A stretch of 64,000 nucleotides of DNA, taken from NCBI GenBank assembly GCA_013416795.1, contig RQSC01001302.1:114217-178216 (forward strand), read 5' to 3'. The notes below the pieces were generated by a model. The model was not told the DNA's origin, did not search any database, and saw nothing but the letters and a program-made list of their open reading frames with translations. This DNA is from Prasinococcaceae sp. CCMP 1430. Lineage: Eukaryota; Plantae; Prasinodermophyta. Below are positions 52,850 through 63,799 of this stretch, one piece after another (positions within the stretch are counted from its first letter, which is position 1; each line of letters opens with the position of its first letter). A program made the translations under genes and the position numbers.

Positions 52850-53605
52850 ATGGCCGCCCTGGCGGCTGCCGCTCGCTGTCGCGGCACGGCGCTGCCGCGC
52901 GCCGCGGCACCCGCGCCGACGACGCGTCGGCGGCGCGCCGCGCCATGCCGCTGGCGCGCCTCGTGCATGATTGGCGTGCCCGCGGAGCTCTCCGATACCA
53001 TAGACAGCACGTTCGGCGCCGCCGCGCCACTTGTGACGCTCGGCTTGGTCGTGGCGGCGAACAACGCGCGGCGTGCGGCCGAGCAGCGCGCCGCGGCCGC
53101 TGCGGCGGACGCGGCATCCGCCGCGGCCAAGGCCGCAGTGGAGGACACGCAGCGCGCAGTCGAAGAGATTTCTGCGCAGCAGTGGGGAAAGCTGCTGCTG
53201 TGCTTGCTCATTGATATCGGTGGTGATAGCTCCTTCCTGCTCCCCGGCCTCGGGGAGGCGACCGACGCGATCTACGCTCCCCTGGAGGCGCTGAGTCTGA
53301 ACGCGCTCTACGGCAGCGGCGTGGTGCGTGCGCGGGCTTCCGCTGGGCGTGGCGCCGGGGCATGTCGTTCGGCGTGGCGGCGTCTGATTGTGCGCGGCTG
53401 ACGCGCGTCCTCGCGCTGTGCGCCACAGGTTGCATCGCTCGGATTCGTCGAAGAGGCGCTGCCGTTCAGCGACGCGCTGCCGACCGCCACGCTCGTGTGG
53501 ACGCTCGAGAATGTCTTCCCCGACTCCAAACCGGCGGAGTGGCTCGGCGTTGGCAGGGAGGCGTCCGCGAAGAGAAAGAGCAGCAAGGGGGAGGACAAAG
53601 ACTAG
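52850..53605 (+). CDS. Plastid-targeted small membrane protein of a conserved uncharacterised family, one intron
   Basis: Transit-like N-terminus. KLLLCLLIDIGGDSSFLLPGLGEATDAIYAP, then after the intron (~53322-53428) LGFVEEALPFSDALPTATLVW; stop at 53603-53605. Confidence 0.7.
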
Positions 53606-53809
53606 CTGGGACTCGAAAGGTGTTGAACCGCAACGTACATTACTAGACCACCGCTCGAGAACGCGCCCCGGTCAGCCGCCTGCGAGGCAGCAGATGGTCG
53701 CGTGGTGTAAAATGGCAAAAATTGAGCGCAGGGGCAGCATGCTGGCGAGCTGCCCTCGACTTCAGTGAGGGCCGGGCCTCCTCCCGGCCTATCTGCATCC
53801 ATCCGCCTC

Positions 53810-54729
53810 TCATCTGCGGCTGTTGGTCCTGCGCGACTGCGCGAGGTAGCCCGCCCCCGCGCTCCATCGCTTTTCGGTCCCGTCCTTCCCCCTGACCGGC
53901 CCTGTCGCGATCTGCACCGTCATCGCCCTCCCCTCAACCTTGTAGCCGTCCATGGCGTCGATTGCGGCGAGCATGTCCGACTTGGTGGAGTACGTGACGA
54001 ACCCAAAGCCGCGCGAACAGAGCGTCTGGTCGTCGAGCACCACGCGCGTCTCCGTGAGCTCGCCGAAGGGCTCGAATAGGTCGCCCAGCTGCATGTCGTC
54101 CACGCCCCACGGCAGGTTGCCCACGTACAGCTTCCACTCCGAGAGCGAAACAGGCACGCCACTGCTCTCGAGATCCGCCCCGCCGTCGACCGTGTCCAGG
54201 ACGTCGGGCGGGCGCTGGCGGCGGTTGCTTAGGCCAAAGTCCGACCCCGGCGTGAACTTGTACGCGGCGGTCGTCTCCTCGTAGCTGTCGTCGAAGACTT
54301 CCCTGGCCGAGCTGGGAAGCGCACGGGCGCGGGTGCAGGCCGGGTCAGAGAGGGACGTTGGCGAACGCACAACCTCAGAAGGAGAGAGAGAAACAGCGCG
54401 CCCTCCAGTTGCAGCCGGCCTGTCGGGCAACTGCGCGCGCCGCGTGCGGCAGCCCAGGCGCCGCTTACCTGCCCTTTGCCCGGTACTTGTGGTCCGAGTG
54501 CCCGCTGCCGCTCTCGGCGCCGTCGTCCACGTCGTCGAAATCGTACTCCTCGTCGATCTCGTAGGGGTCATCCTCGTACTCACGGTTGCTGTTGGCAGAG
54601 GACGCTGCGAAGCCGCGCGCCAGCGCTGCCGCCCGTGCTCCCGGTGCGCCGATGCTGCGCCCATACGAGGCCGCCCACGGCCTGCCGGCCGCGGCCGGCG
54701 GCGCCCTGCGGAGAACGCGCTTTTCCCGC
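53810..54729 (-). CDS. Organelle-targeted single-RRM RNA-binding protein with acidic N-terminal region; 5' end at the N gap
   Basis: RNP2 LYVGNL and RNP1 RGFGFV, GYKVEGRAMTV. An acidic exon EYEDDPYEIDEEYDFDD is preceded by a ..ARGFAASS presequence-like segment. Confidence 0.85.
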
Positions 54730-55339
54730 NNNNNNNNNNNNNNNNNNNNNNNNNNNNNNNNNNNNNNNNNNNNNNNNNNNNNNNNNNNNNNNNNNNNNNN
54801 NNNNNNNNNNNNNNNNNNNNNNNNNNNNNNNNNNNNNNNNNNNNNNNNNNNNNNNNNNNNNNNNNNNNNNNNNNNNNNNNNNNNNNNNNNNNNNNNNNNN
54901 NNNNNNNNNNNNNNNNNNNNNNNNNNNNNNNNNNNNNNNNNNNNNNNNNNNNNNNNNNNNNNNNNNNNNNNNNNNNNNNNNNNNNNNNNNNNNNNNNNNN
55001 NNNNNNNNNNNNNNNNNNNNNNNNNNNNNNNNNNNNNNNNNNNNNNNNNNNNNNNNNNNNNNNNNNNNNNNNNNNNNNNNNNNNNNNNNNNNNNNNNNNN
55101 NNNNNNNNNNNNNNNNNNNNNNNNNNNNNNNNNNNNNNNNNNNNNNNNNNNNNNNNNNNNNNNNNNNNNNNNNNNNNNNNNNNNNNNNNNNNNNNNNNNN
55201 NNNNNNNNNNNNNNNNNNNNNNNNNNNNNNNNNNNNNNNNNNNNNNNNNNNNNNNNNNNNNNNNNNNNNNNNNNNNNNNNNNNNNNNNNNNNNNNNNNNN
55301 NNNNNNNNNNNNNNNNNNNNNNNNNNNNNNNNNNNNNNN
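54730..55339. other. Assembly gap (610 N)
   Basis: Run of N. Single-N joins also occur at 4926, 13364, 24965, 26648 and 52159. Confidence 0.99.
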
Positions 55340-56042
55340 GGCCGCGGCGCGCAGCAGGAGCGCTGCAAAGGCGCCCGGCCGGCAGCCGACGCGCATCCGT
55401 CCCGCCGGCTGGCCGGGGGACTCTGGCCGGCGGAGGGGAACGCAGCGGGGAGGCCAACCGCGCTCGCGCCGCGCCTGCCACCCAGCCAGCCAGAGTGCAC
55501 ACAATTTGAAACGAAGTTGGAACAGCAAGCCCCCAGCGTGCTCTCACATCCCACAACGAACAGGGTGGGGCTGTGGGGGGTGTGGGTCGCGCCACACCTC
55601 GGGCAAGGGGCGCACTGGGCTGGGCGAGCGCGGCGCGGTGGGGCACGTTCCTCTCCCGCCCTCGCGCGCGCCGCCACCGCCGCTTCCGCCGGAAGGGTGG
55701 CCAGTTGAACGACACCCCGCTGCACCAGCTGCGTGGCGTCGACGGCGACGGCGAGGCCGCGGCGCCGCGGCGCTGCAGCCGGCGCGTGGGCCTCGACGCA
55801 CAGGCGGAATCAGGCGCGCTCAGGGGGGAAGAGGGGGGGGTGGGGGGGCGAGGGGACGAGCGAGCCCGACGGATTGAAAGCCCTCGTGCACGGGTCCGAC
55901 TGTTGGGCGCAGATATCGTGAAACGCTAGTGCCGACGGTGGGGCAACAAGGGCTGGGGAGGGCAGCGAGGAGGAGACCGAGGCGTGCGCGCTCACCATCG
56001 AGCGAGAGATTTGCTCGCGAGTGAGCACCGAAACGCAGCGCG

Positions 56043-59000
56043 ATGAGCGCCGCGCAAGCGCCAGCCGCGGTCGAGACAGAGGCGCTTCCGCCCATGCGCA
56101 CAGTAAGCCTCAAGGCGAACCAAGGTGGGAGCATCGGGGACTTCAAGGACAACTACGTGAGCACGACCAAGTACACGCCGCTGACGTTCTTGCCCATGGC
56201 ATTGTTTGAACAGTACCGTCGCGTTGCAAACCAGTACTTCACCGTGCAGGCCATCCTGTCTCTCACGCCCATCTCGCCCGTGCAGCCCTTCTCGACGTGG
56301 ACGCCACTGCTGTTCGTACTGGGCGTGTCGCTGCTCAAGGAATTCCTCGAGGATCGGGCACGGCTGCGGCAGGATCGCGAGCAAAACGCGCGCCCGTGCC
56401 GCGTCGCGCGCGGCGGCGAGTGGAGCGAGGAGCAGTGGCGAGACGTGCGCGTGGGTGACGTGCTGATCGTCGAGAAGAATGAGGCATTCCCATGCGATAT
56501 AGTCATGCTCGCGAGCTCGGGAGATGAGGGTGGTTGCTACGTGGAGACCATGAACCTCGATGGCGAGACCAACCTGAAGCCCAAGAAAGCGCAGGAACTG
56601 CCCGACGGTTTCCTTGAAAGAAGCGCGAACGCCAGCCCGGCGGCGTTCGAGGGCGTGCGAATCGAGTGCGAGACGCCGAACGCCTCTCTGTACACCTTCC
56701 GTGGCAACATTCACTTCGACAACCACGGGGCGCGCGACGAGAATGGCGAGCCCGTGGCACCCTCGGCTGTGCTGCTGCGCGGCTCGTCGTTGCGCAACAC
56801 CGATTGGGTGGTCGGCGGTGCCATCTTCACCGGTCACGACACCAAAGTGATGCAGAACAGCGTGGAGGCGCCCGCCAAGCGCTCCACCATCGAGCGCAAC
56901 CTCGACTACGTGGTGGGTGTCATGTTCGCGCTGCTCGTGACGCTTGCGACGATCACGGGAATCGTCACTGGCGTATGGACGAAAGAGCGCCTTCCAGACA
57001 TGTGGTACCTGATGCCCGAGGATGCGCCGACACAGTTCGACCCCACGAACGCGCCGGCCGTCGGTTTTTTCGGGTCCATCACAAGCCTGGTGCTCTACGG
57101 GTACTTGATCCCCATCTCGCTGTACGTCTCCATCGAGATGGTCAAGGTCGGCCAGGCCTTCTGGTTTATCAACCGCGACGCGCAAATGTACGACAAGGAG
57201 ACCGACACGTGGGCGCGCGCGCGCACCTCGAACCTTAACGAGGAGCTCGGGCAGGTGGCTAATATTTTGTCTGACAAGACGGGTACGCTCACGCAGAATC
57301 GCATGGAGTTTAAGCAGGTGTCAATCGCGGGCCAGGACTTCGGTGACCCCAATGGCCGCACCACGCGCCCGCACCGCGCGTACAACTTCCTCGATCCGCG
57401 CATCGAGGGCGGCGCCTGGCGCGAGCTGGAGAACCCCACCACACGGGAGTGCGCCGAGTTGCTCTTCCTAAACCTGGCGCTCTGCTCTACGTGCGTGCCC
57501 AGTGCGGACGAGATTCATGGCGTGTCTTATGAGGCCGAGTCGCCCGACGAGGAGGCGCTGGTGGTGGCTGCCAAGCAGCTCGGCTGGACGCTCGTCTCTC
57601 GCAGCACGCGCGAGTTGTGCCTGCGCGTGGCAGACGCCACTGGTGCAGAATCTGAGGTGAAGTACGAGCTCCTGCACGTGATCGAGTTCAACTCGACGCG
57701 TAAGCGCATGTCGGTGATCGTGCGCTCGCCCGAGGGCAAGCTCATGCTGCTCACCAAGGGTGCCGACTCGGTGATCTACGAGCGGCTGGCCACGGACAGC
57801 GCGCACCGCGGCAGCACCCAGACGCGCCTTGACGCGTACGCGGCCGCGGGGCTGCGTACGCTGTGCATAGCATGGGCGCCACTCGATGAGGACCGCTACG
57901 CCGAGTGGGACGCTGAGTACTCGGCAGCGAAGCGCTCGCTCTCCGAAGATCGCGACGCTGTGCTCGAGGGACTCGCTGAGGCCATTGAGAAGGACCTGCA
58001 CCTCGTCGGTGCCACCGCCATTGAGGACCGCCTGCAGGAGCGCGTACCGGATGTCATCGCTAATCTCCAGGCCGCGGGCATCCGCATCTGGATGCTCACA
58101 GGCGACAAGCTCGAGACTGCTCGCAACATCGGCATGAGCTGCAAGCTACTGACCTCCGAGATGCGCATATTCACTGTTGAGGCCACCGAATTAATGGAGG
58201 TCGCCATCGAGGCGGACGAAAGCAAGACCGGGGGGGTGCACTCGGCCGATCTGATGTACGGCGACCGCGCACTGCGTCGCGCGGTGCGCGAACAGATGGA
58301 GGAGGCACTGGGCGCGGTGAGCAGGGAGCGCGCGCAAGCGGGGCCGCATGCGCTCATCATCGAGGGCAAGGCGCTAGTGCACGCCTTGGACGCCTCCCTC
58401 TCGGACCTGTTTTTGCAGCTCGCCGAGGAGTGCGTCGCCGTGGTCGCATGCCGCGTCAGCCCGCTGCAAAAGGCGCAGATCACGCGCCTCGTGAGCGTCG
58501 GCGACTCGGCTGGGCTGATTCCGAAGCGCATTTGCCTCGGCATCGGCGACGGCGCGAACGACGTGGGCATGATTCGTGAGGCGCATATCGGGGTGGGTAT
58601 CGCCGGCCAAGAAGGCGCACAGGCGGTGCTCGCTTCTGACTTTGCAATCTCGCAATTCCAGTTCCTCGAGCGCCTGTTGCTCGTGCATGGTCGCTGGAAC
58701 TACAAGCGCATTGCGCGGATGATCTCTTACTTCTTCTTCAAGAACATCACGATCGGCATCGTGCTCTTTGGCCTGAGCTACGCGTCCTTCTTCTCGACGC
58801 AGCCCTTCGTCGAGGATTTCACGCTCATGCTGTACAATGTCTTCTTCACCTCGTTGCCCGTCATCGTGTGCGGCGTGCTGGACCAGGACGTCAGCGAACG
58901 CGCCGCGCTGCGCTTCCCGCAGCTGTACCAGGCCGGTGTGCGCAACGAGTATTTCAACGCACGCGTGCTCGCCACGTGGGTGGCCAACGCCCTGTACGTG

Positions 59001-59519
59001 GGAGTTGTGTGCTCGTGCCTGACGCTCTATGTCCATTCAAGTACCACCGCGGACCTGCCGAACGGTACCACGCCCGACATATGGTCGGTGGGCTTCACGC
59101 TCTACTCGACTGTCGTCTGGACCGTGAACCTTTCGTTGGGCATGATCATTTACAATTGGACGTGGCTGCACCACCTGACCATCTGGGGCTCGATCGCGGT
59201 GCTCTACCTCTACTCGTTGGCGTACAGCTCGTTCTCCGTCGGGATCAGCCAGGGCATGCATATGCTGATCTTTCGCGAGGGCACCGCAGCGGCCTATTGG
59301 CTGAGTGTGCTCCTCGTGCCCCCGGTTGCGCTGCTTGCCCAGTTTGTCTACCGCGTGTGCCAACGCACGTTCGCACCGCTACCGCACCATATTGTCCAGG
59401 AAATCATGCAGGAGGACCACTCGCTCGACACATCGCTTCAAGCGGCGACGCGGGGCGCCGCGCCCGCAGGCGGCTCACGCGGCGCCAGCAAGGAAATCCA
59501 AATGCTCAACCTCGCATAG
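56043..59519 (+). CDS. P4-type ATPase phospholipid flippase (ALA/Drs2-like), intronless
   Basis: NYVSTTKYT, YVETMNLDGETNLK, LLRGSSLRNT, IPISLYVSIE, SDKTGTLTQN, ESPDEEAL, GATAIEDRLQ, MLTGDK, CRVSPLQKA, IGDGANDVGMI, LLLVHGRWNY. Confidence 0.98.
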   Translation: MSAAQAPAAVETEALPPMRTVSLKANQGGSIGDFKDNYVSTTKYTPLTFLPMALFEQYRRVANQYFTVQAILSLTPISPVQPFSTWTPLLFVLGVSLLKEFLEDRARLRQDREQNARPCRVARGGEWSEEQWRDVRVGDVLIVEKNEAFPCDIVMLASSGDEGGCYVETMNLDGETNLKPKKAQELPDGFLERSANASPAAFEGVRIECETPNASLYTFRGNIHFDNHGARDENGEPVAPSAVLLRGSSLRNTDWVVGGAIFTGHDTKVMQNSVEAPAKRSTIERNLDYVVGVMFALLVTLATITGIVTGVWTKERLPDMWYLMPEDAPTQFDPTNAPAVGFFGSITSLVLYGYLIPISLYVSIEMVKVGQAFWFINRDAQMYDKETDTWARARTSNLNEELGQVANILSDKTGTLTQNRMEFKQVSIAGQDFGDPNGRTTRPHRAYNFLDPRIEGGAWRELENPTTRECAELLFLNLALCSTCVPSADEIHGVSYEAESPDEEALVVAAKQLGWTLVSRSTRELCLRVADATGAESEVKYELLHVIEFNSTRKRMSVIVRSPEGKLMLLTKGADSVIYERLATDSAHRGSTQTRLDAYAAAGLRTLCIAWAPLDEDRYAEWDAEYSAAKRSLSEDRDAVLEGLAEAIEKDLHLVGATAIEDRLQERVPDVIANLQAAGIRIWMLTGDKLETARNIGMSCKLLTSEMRIFTVEATELMEVAIEADESKTGGVHSADLMYGDRALRRAVREQMEEALGAVSRERAQAGPHALIIEGKALVHALDASLSDLFLQLAEECVAVVACRVSPLQKAQITRLVSVGDSAGLIPKRICLGIGDGANDVGMIREAHIGVGIAGQEGAQAVLASDFAISQFQFLERLLLVHGRWNYKRIARMISYFFFKNITIGIVLFGLSYASFFSTQPFVEDFTLMLYNVFFTSLPVIVCGVLDQDVSERAALRFPQLYQAGVRNEYFNARVLATWVANALYVGVVCSCLTLYVHSSTTADLPNGTTPDIWSVGFTLYSTVVWTVNLSLGMIIYNWTWLHHLTIWGSIAVLYLYSLAYSSFSVGISQGMHMLIFREGTAAAYWLSVLLVPPVALLAQFVYRVCQRTFAPLPHHIVQEIMQEDHSLDTSLQAATRGAAPAGGSRGASKEIQMLNLA

Positions 59520-59626
59520 TCGCATGAACGAGCAGCGGGGGTCGCAGCTAGAGTAGGGACACGCAAGGAGTCATCGCCATCTTCTTTTGTTGAAAATGAA
59601 TCTCGCAAAAAACCACGCATAAATGA

Positions 59627-62600
59627 TCATCCTCGTACTGACGACTCGTCCAGCAGCTCCAGTGCCTCGTCGCGGAAGGCCCTGGCCTCGGCCGCGGCGC
59701 GCGCGTCGGGCTCGCCGGACCCGTTTGCCGAGGGCGTGGCCTCACGAGCCCGCTGCTGCGCGCGAGCAGCAGCTGCCTGCCAGTGTCGCTCCACCGCCAA
59801 GCGCACCGCGCGATGGACCGCGCCCTCGCTGACGCGTGCTGCGGCTTCAGTCACCTTCTGTCTCTGTGGGCCCTGTAGCGGACGCCGTCGGGCTGTTGCT
59901 GCCGCTGGCGCCGGCTCGCCCATGAACCAGCCCCACCACGTGCGCTGCTTGGGCGCGCGGGTGCCATTGGACGAGTCGCCGCTCGCCTCGGTGTGCGTGC
60001 CGTCCCGGCCGCGCGCAAGCTCTTCCGCCTCAAGGTCCTCCTCACGCCCCGCACGTAGCAGAAAGCGCACGATCTCGAGAGCAAAGTCATAGCCCCCGGC
60101 CTCGAGTGTCTTGTGCAATAGCTCCTCAGCCGCGCGGCGGCCAGCCGCTGCACCGTCCAGCTCGGAGACGACGAGCAGGTAGCAGCCGGCCGTCCTCAGT
60201 CTGTTCGTATGGAGCGCAACCGTGAAGAGGTCACCTGGGTTGCCGCAAGCCTCGAAGAGTGCCTTCCTCTGATCGGCGTCCGTCTTGCGCGCGACGCTGA
60301 CAATGACGTCGAGTGCCTGGTCGAATTCGGCCACCAGATCGGCCGCCGAGGTGAGCGCCAGGCGCGCCTTGGCTTCCATCGCCTCGAAGGGCGCCACCCC
60401 ACCCGGCGAGGATGGGTTGCCATTCACCTGCTGGGACCTCTTGGCCTTGGTCAGCGCAGCTAATGCGCTCGCATGCGCGTCAAGTGCTGCGTACAGCAGC
60501 CACTCGAGCGAGCGCGAGAAGTCCGCTCCACCGGAGCGAGCCACCGCCAGTCGCATGGCCGCACTGAGCGCGCCCTTAGAAATAAGATGGCGCAGCAGAC
60601 ATGGCAGCACGGGCTGCCCCCTTGGGCAGACCTCGAAAAGGCACGCATGTGAGCGTTGCTGGAATCCATGACTAGTCTGGCCAGCCGCGCCAAGCGAGGT
60701 CACGACGGTGCGCTGGCAGACGCCCACAACTGCACCTGCGGCGGACACCCCGATCGGATAGACCTCTCGATCGAAGTCGAGTTCGGCGTCCAGGCTGCTC
60801 CCCTGGCCTTTGCCATCCTGGCCTGCGCCCGCGCCACCCTCGGGAAAGTACACTTGCATGCCGCCAGGGCCATATAGCCACCACGGGATGTCACCGGCGG
60901 CTACAGGATGCACATTCATGAGGTTCTGACGCTGCCCCTCTGCGCCATGCACGCGTGGCAGCAGGCCTCCATCAGACAGCCACACGCTCTCCACCTCCGA
61001 CGCGACCTGTCTCTGGCTCCCATCCGCCATACAGACCTCAACGAGCACACCGCTCGTCCGCAGCGCAAGGCAGTGAGTGGGCTCGGGAACGCCGCCATTC
61101 TCCTGAGCCTCTGCGTCAATCGGAAGATCACCCAATGCCACACCCGAGCTGACAGCGGCCCCGGGGCTCTGCACAACTTCTGTGAGCGATGCGAACGACT
61201 TGGCAGATACATTCTCCCCGATCTTTGGTTTCCTAGTCGCCTGCCCCGCAGGTGCTTCCTCCCCGAGCCCGCGCGACAGGGTGTTCGGCATGATGTACGC
61301 GCACGCCAACGCGTCCGTGCCGCCATCCATCTCAATGCAGGACAGCTGCGTGAGCGTGGCACTCGCAGGCTTTTCAGCTGCAGGGCTGAGCTCGCCCTCG
61401 ACGGCCACCTCATAAACGCGCACAGAGATCTTAGGCTTGTCATCCTCGGCAGGCACAGCAAGCAGGAGAAATCGCCCTGAGGCGTCGGCCTCCATTGCGA
61501 GCGGTGCTGCTGGTATTGACATGCGCAGCATGCAGCTGCGCGCATCGAGGTGATAACGAGGGTACAGGCGCAGCTCGTGTGCGCCCTTGCCATTGGAGGC
61601 CGCGCACCTCGTCGCGACGGCGATCGCGTGGCCCAGCCAAGCGATGGCATCAGCGCGCAGCTCGCGCTCCTGCCTCGCATCCCCAAAGAGGCGCCACTTT
61701 CCCTGCCGCCGAATTGCCAGCCCGCAAGAGCCAGCAACGGCGATCGTGCCATCGCTACTCGTGGCGAGCAGCCGCATCGGCCACGCCACCGACACGAAGC
61801 TCGAGGGTAGCACGTGGTGCTGGACCGTGAGTGCCTCAGCGTCAGCGCCTTCCCCATTGGAGACCTCGATGACGCGGTCGGATCCCAACAGGGTGTGCGT
61901 GGGGCTCGAAGTCGCCCCCCCCGACGTTGGGGACCGAGCGAACGAAAGCTGCACGAGGGTCGCGTCTTTTGTCGCCTCGACGCAGAGCAAATCATAGCCA
62001 TACTGACCCCACGCGAGGTCCGCGACGCCGCCATCGAGCGCCTCGCAGCTATCTGCGCTAGACCAGCCAGAGGATAGGCGAGCGGAGGCTGCATGAGCGC
62101 CAGCCTGACCATCAGCAGCTTCCAAAATCTCGCTGCTGCCGCCTACGCCCAGCTGCCGGATGGTGCTCATTAGCCTGCATCCCGAAGCCGACCACACCGC
62201 GCAGCCGCGCCGCCGCCAGCCAACGGCGACGCAGCGACCGCCTGGTGCCCATGACAGCGCGCTCACCGCTCCCGTGTCGGCCGGGCGCACTCCCCAGTCG
62301 CTCAATCCCAGCGTGAGGACCCGCGCCGCATGGCTGGAGTGGGAAAGATTGTCATTGGATGGCCGGCCGGTCGAAGAGCGAGCGCCTCCTGCCGGGCCAA
62401 AAGGCGCACCGGCTGCCGCGCTTGCGTTCGCGCTGATGCGAAAGAGGTCCACATTGCCCGACAGGCATCCCAGCGCGACGGTACCGCCTGCGCCCCCTGC
62501 GCGCACGAAGCAGGCCTTGTCCGAAGGCGACGACGGCACCAGCCAGTGCTGCTTCAGACGCTGGGATGCAAGTGCTGCAAGCGCTCCTGCTCCAGTCGCG

Positions 62601-63799
62601 GGCTGCAAGATCGCACAGCGACCGTCTGACAAGACGACGCCCATCGTGCCACCAGCAGGATTGTAGTCCATCTGCACCACGCACAGCTGCGGCGTGACGG
62701 ACCACGTACGAAGGACTCCGCCAACGGCGACGGAGGCTGATGTGGACGAGGCTTGTGATTGCGCCGAAGCAGGTGTAATCATGGCGGCCGCGGTCGTGCT
62801 CGCCAGCGGGGTGGTCGGCGGGGACGTGCGGTCTGCGGCAATGGCGCCGCCTGCGGCGCTGGCTTCGCCTGCCCCGTTCTCGCGAGTGGCGTCGGTACCC
62901 ACCGCGCACACGTCCATGAGCCTCTCCGCTCCATCCCAGGACACAAAGGAAATCACCCCATCTGAGCGCCCGAGCGCGATGTGATTGTCATCGGCCGCGA
63001 GCGCCGTGCAGCATGCGCCGCCGAGCGCGCGCCGCTTTGCATCACCCTTGCCGAACAGCCTCTCCAGGCGCAGCGAGCGCTCCTGGACCAACATGGCATC
63101 GGGGCGAGGCGTAAACACGCTCATGCCCGAGCCAGCGCCCGGGGCGGGGGCCGGCACGTCCGCGTACATGCCATCGACGTCCACCCTGAAGATGTGCAGC
63201 ACATTCTGCTCTGTGAGCGCCGCGACAGCGTCGCCGCGCGGGCGCCATGCAAGCGCGACGTAATCGCCTTCGCGGGCGACCTCTTCCGACCTGCGCGTGT
63301 GCTCAGCGAGGCGTGCCCGGCGCCTATCGCCCATCCACAGCTGTACGGATGCGGCAGTCGCAACCGCGCAAAGGGGCGCATCGCTTCCGCCCCCACGCGC
63401 GCTGCAGTACGCGATCGCAACGCCGCGCGTCTGCCCGGCCGCGGCCTGCGCTGCCGCCCTCCCCGTTGCGCTGCCATCCGCGCCGCCGCCGCTATGCTGC
63501 TGGTGCTGAGAGGCGTCGCCGCCTTGCTCCGCCTCGCCTGCGCCCGCAACCGCCTGCGCGCCCTCCGCCGCCCCCGCCACGCCCGCCAATGCCCAGCGCC
63601 ACCGCCGCGGCCCAGGCGTTGCCTCTTGCGGTGGCGCCAGGCTCAGCGTCCTCGGTGGCGGCGGCAGCAGCGGCCGCTGCGGGCGCTGCTGCAGCCTCTG
63701 CTGCAGCGTGAACTGCTGCCGCCGATGCTGCTGCCGCGGCGTCTGCAGCCCGCAGAGAGGGTCTACCTTTACTGCAATTTTCGTGCTGGCAAGCGTCAC
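59627..63799 (-). CDS. RIC1: RIC1 (Rab6/Ypt6 GEF complex subunit; WD40-like N-region + RIC1 domain); start uncertain
   Basis: WAPGGRCVAVGW, WPMRLLA, VAG..GLA, W.LFGD..QE, LYPRYHLD, QPVLPCLLRHL, FSRSLEWLL, VIVSVARKTD, LF...G.PGDLF, LRTAGCYLLV. Confidence 0.88.
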   Translation of the reverse strand: MTLASTKIAVKVDPLCGLQTPRQQHRRQQFTLQQRLQQRPQRPLLPPPPRTLSLAPPQEATPGPRRWRWALAGVAGAAEGAQAVAGAGEAEQGGDASQHQQHSGGGADGSATGRAAAQAAAGQTRGVAIAYCSARGGGSDAPLCAVATAASVQLWMGDRRRARLAEHTRRSEEVAREGDYVALAWRPRGDAVAALTEQNVLHIFRVDVDGMYADVPAPAPGAGSGMSVFTPRPDAMLVQERSLRLERLFGKGDAKRRALGGACCTALAADDNHIALGRSDGVISFVSWDGAERLMDVCAVGTDATRENGAGEASAAGGAIAADRTSPPTTPLASTTAAAMITPASAQSQASSTSASVAVGGVLRTWSVTPQLCVVQMDYNPAGGTMGVVLSDGRCAILQPATGAGALAALASQRLKQHWLVPSSPSDKACFVRAGGAGGTVALGCLSGNVDLFRISANASAAAGAPFGPAGGARSSTGRPSNDNLSHSSHAARVLTLGLSDWGVRPADTGAVSALSWAPGGRCVAVGWRRRGCAVWSASGCRLMSTIRQLGVGGSSEILEAADGQAGAHAASARLSSGWSSADSCEALDGGVADLAWGQYGYDLLCVEATKDATLVQLSFARSPTSGGATSSPTHTLLGSDRVIEVSNGEGADAEALTVQHHVLPSSFVSVAWPMRLLATSSDGTIAVAGSCGLAIRRQGKWRLFGDARQERELRADAIAWLGHAIAVATRCAASNGKGAHELRLYPRYHLDARSCMLRMSIPAAPLAMEADASGRFLLLAVPAEDDKPKISVRVYEVAVEGELSPAAEKPASATLTQLSCIEMDGGTDALACAYIMPNTLSRGLGEEAPAGQATRKPKIGENVSAKSFASLTEVVQSPGAAVSSGVALGDLPIDAEAQENGGVPEPTHCLALRTSGVLVEVCMADGSQRQVASEVESVWLSDGGLLPRVHGAEGQRQNLMNVHPVAAGDIPWWLYGPGGMQVYFPEGGAGAGQDGKGQGSSLDAELDFDREVYPIGVSAAGAVVGVCQRTVVTSLGAAGQTSHGFQQRSHACLFEVCPRGQPVLPCLLRHLISKGALSAAMRLAVARSGGADFSRSLEWLLYAALDAHASALAALTKAKRSQQVNGNPSSPGGVAPFEAMEAKARLALTSAADLVAEFDQALDVIVSVARKTDADQRKALFEACGNPGDLFTVALHTNRLRTAGCYLLVVSELDGAAAGRRAAEELLHKTLEAGGYDFALEIVRFLLRAGREEDLEAEELARGRDGTHTEASGDSSNGTRAPKQRTWWGWFMGEPAPAAATARRRPLQGPQRQKVTEAAARVSEGAVHRAVRLAVERHWQAAAARAQQRAREATPSANGSGEPDARAAAEARAFRDEALELLDESSVRG

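Noticed and set aside
44511-54729. Idea that the LAGLIDADG gene, psbA fragment and RRM gene form an organellar RNA-processing island
   Set aside because: They are separated by unrelated genes, eukaryotic gene order rarely implies function, and the psbA piece may be an assembly artefact.
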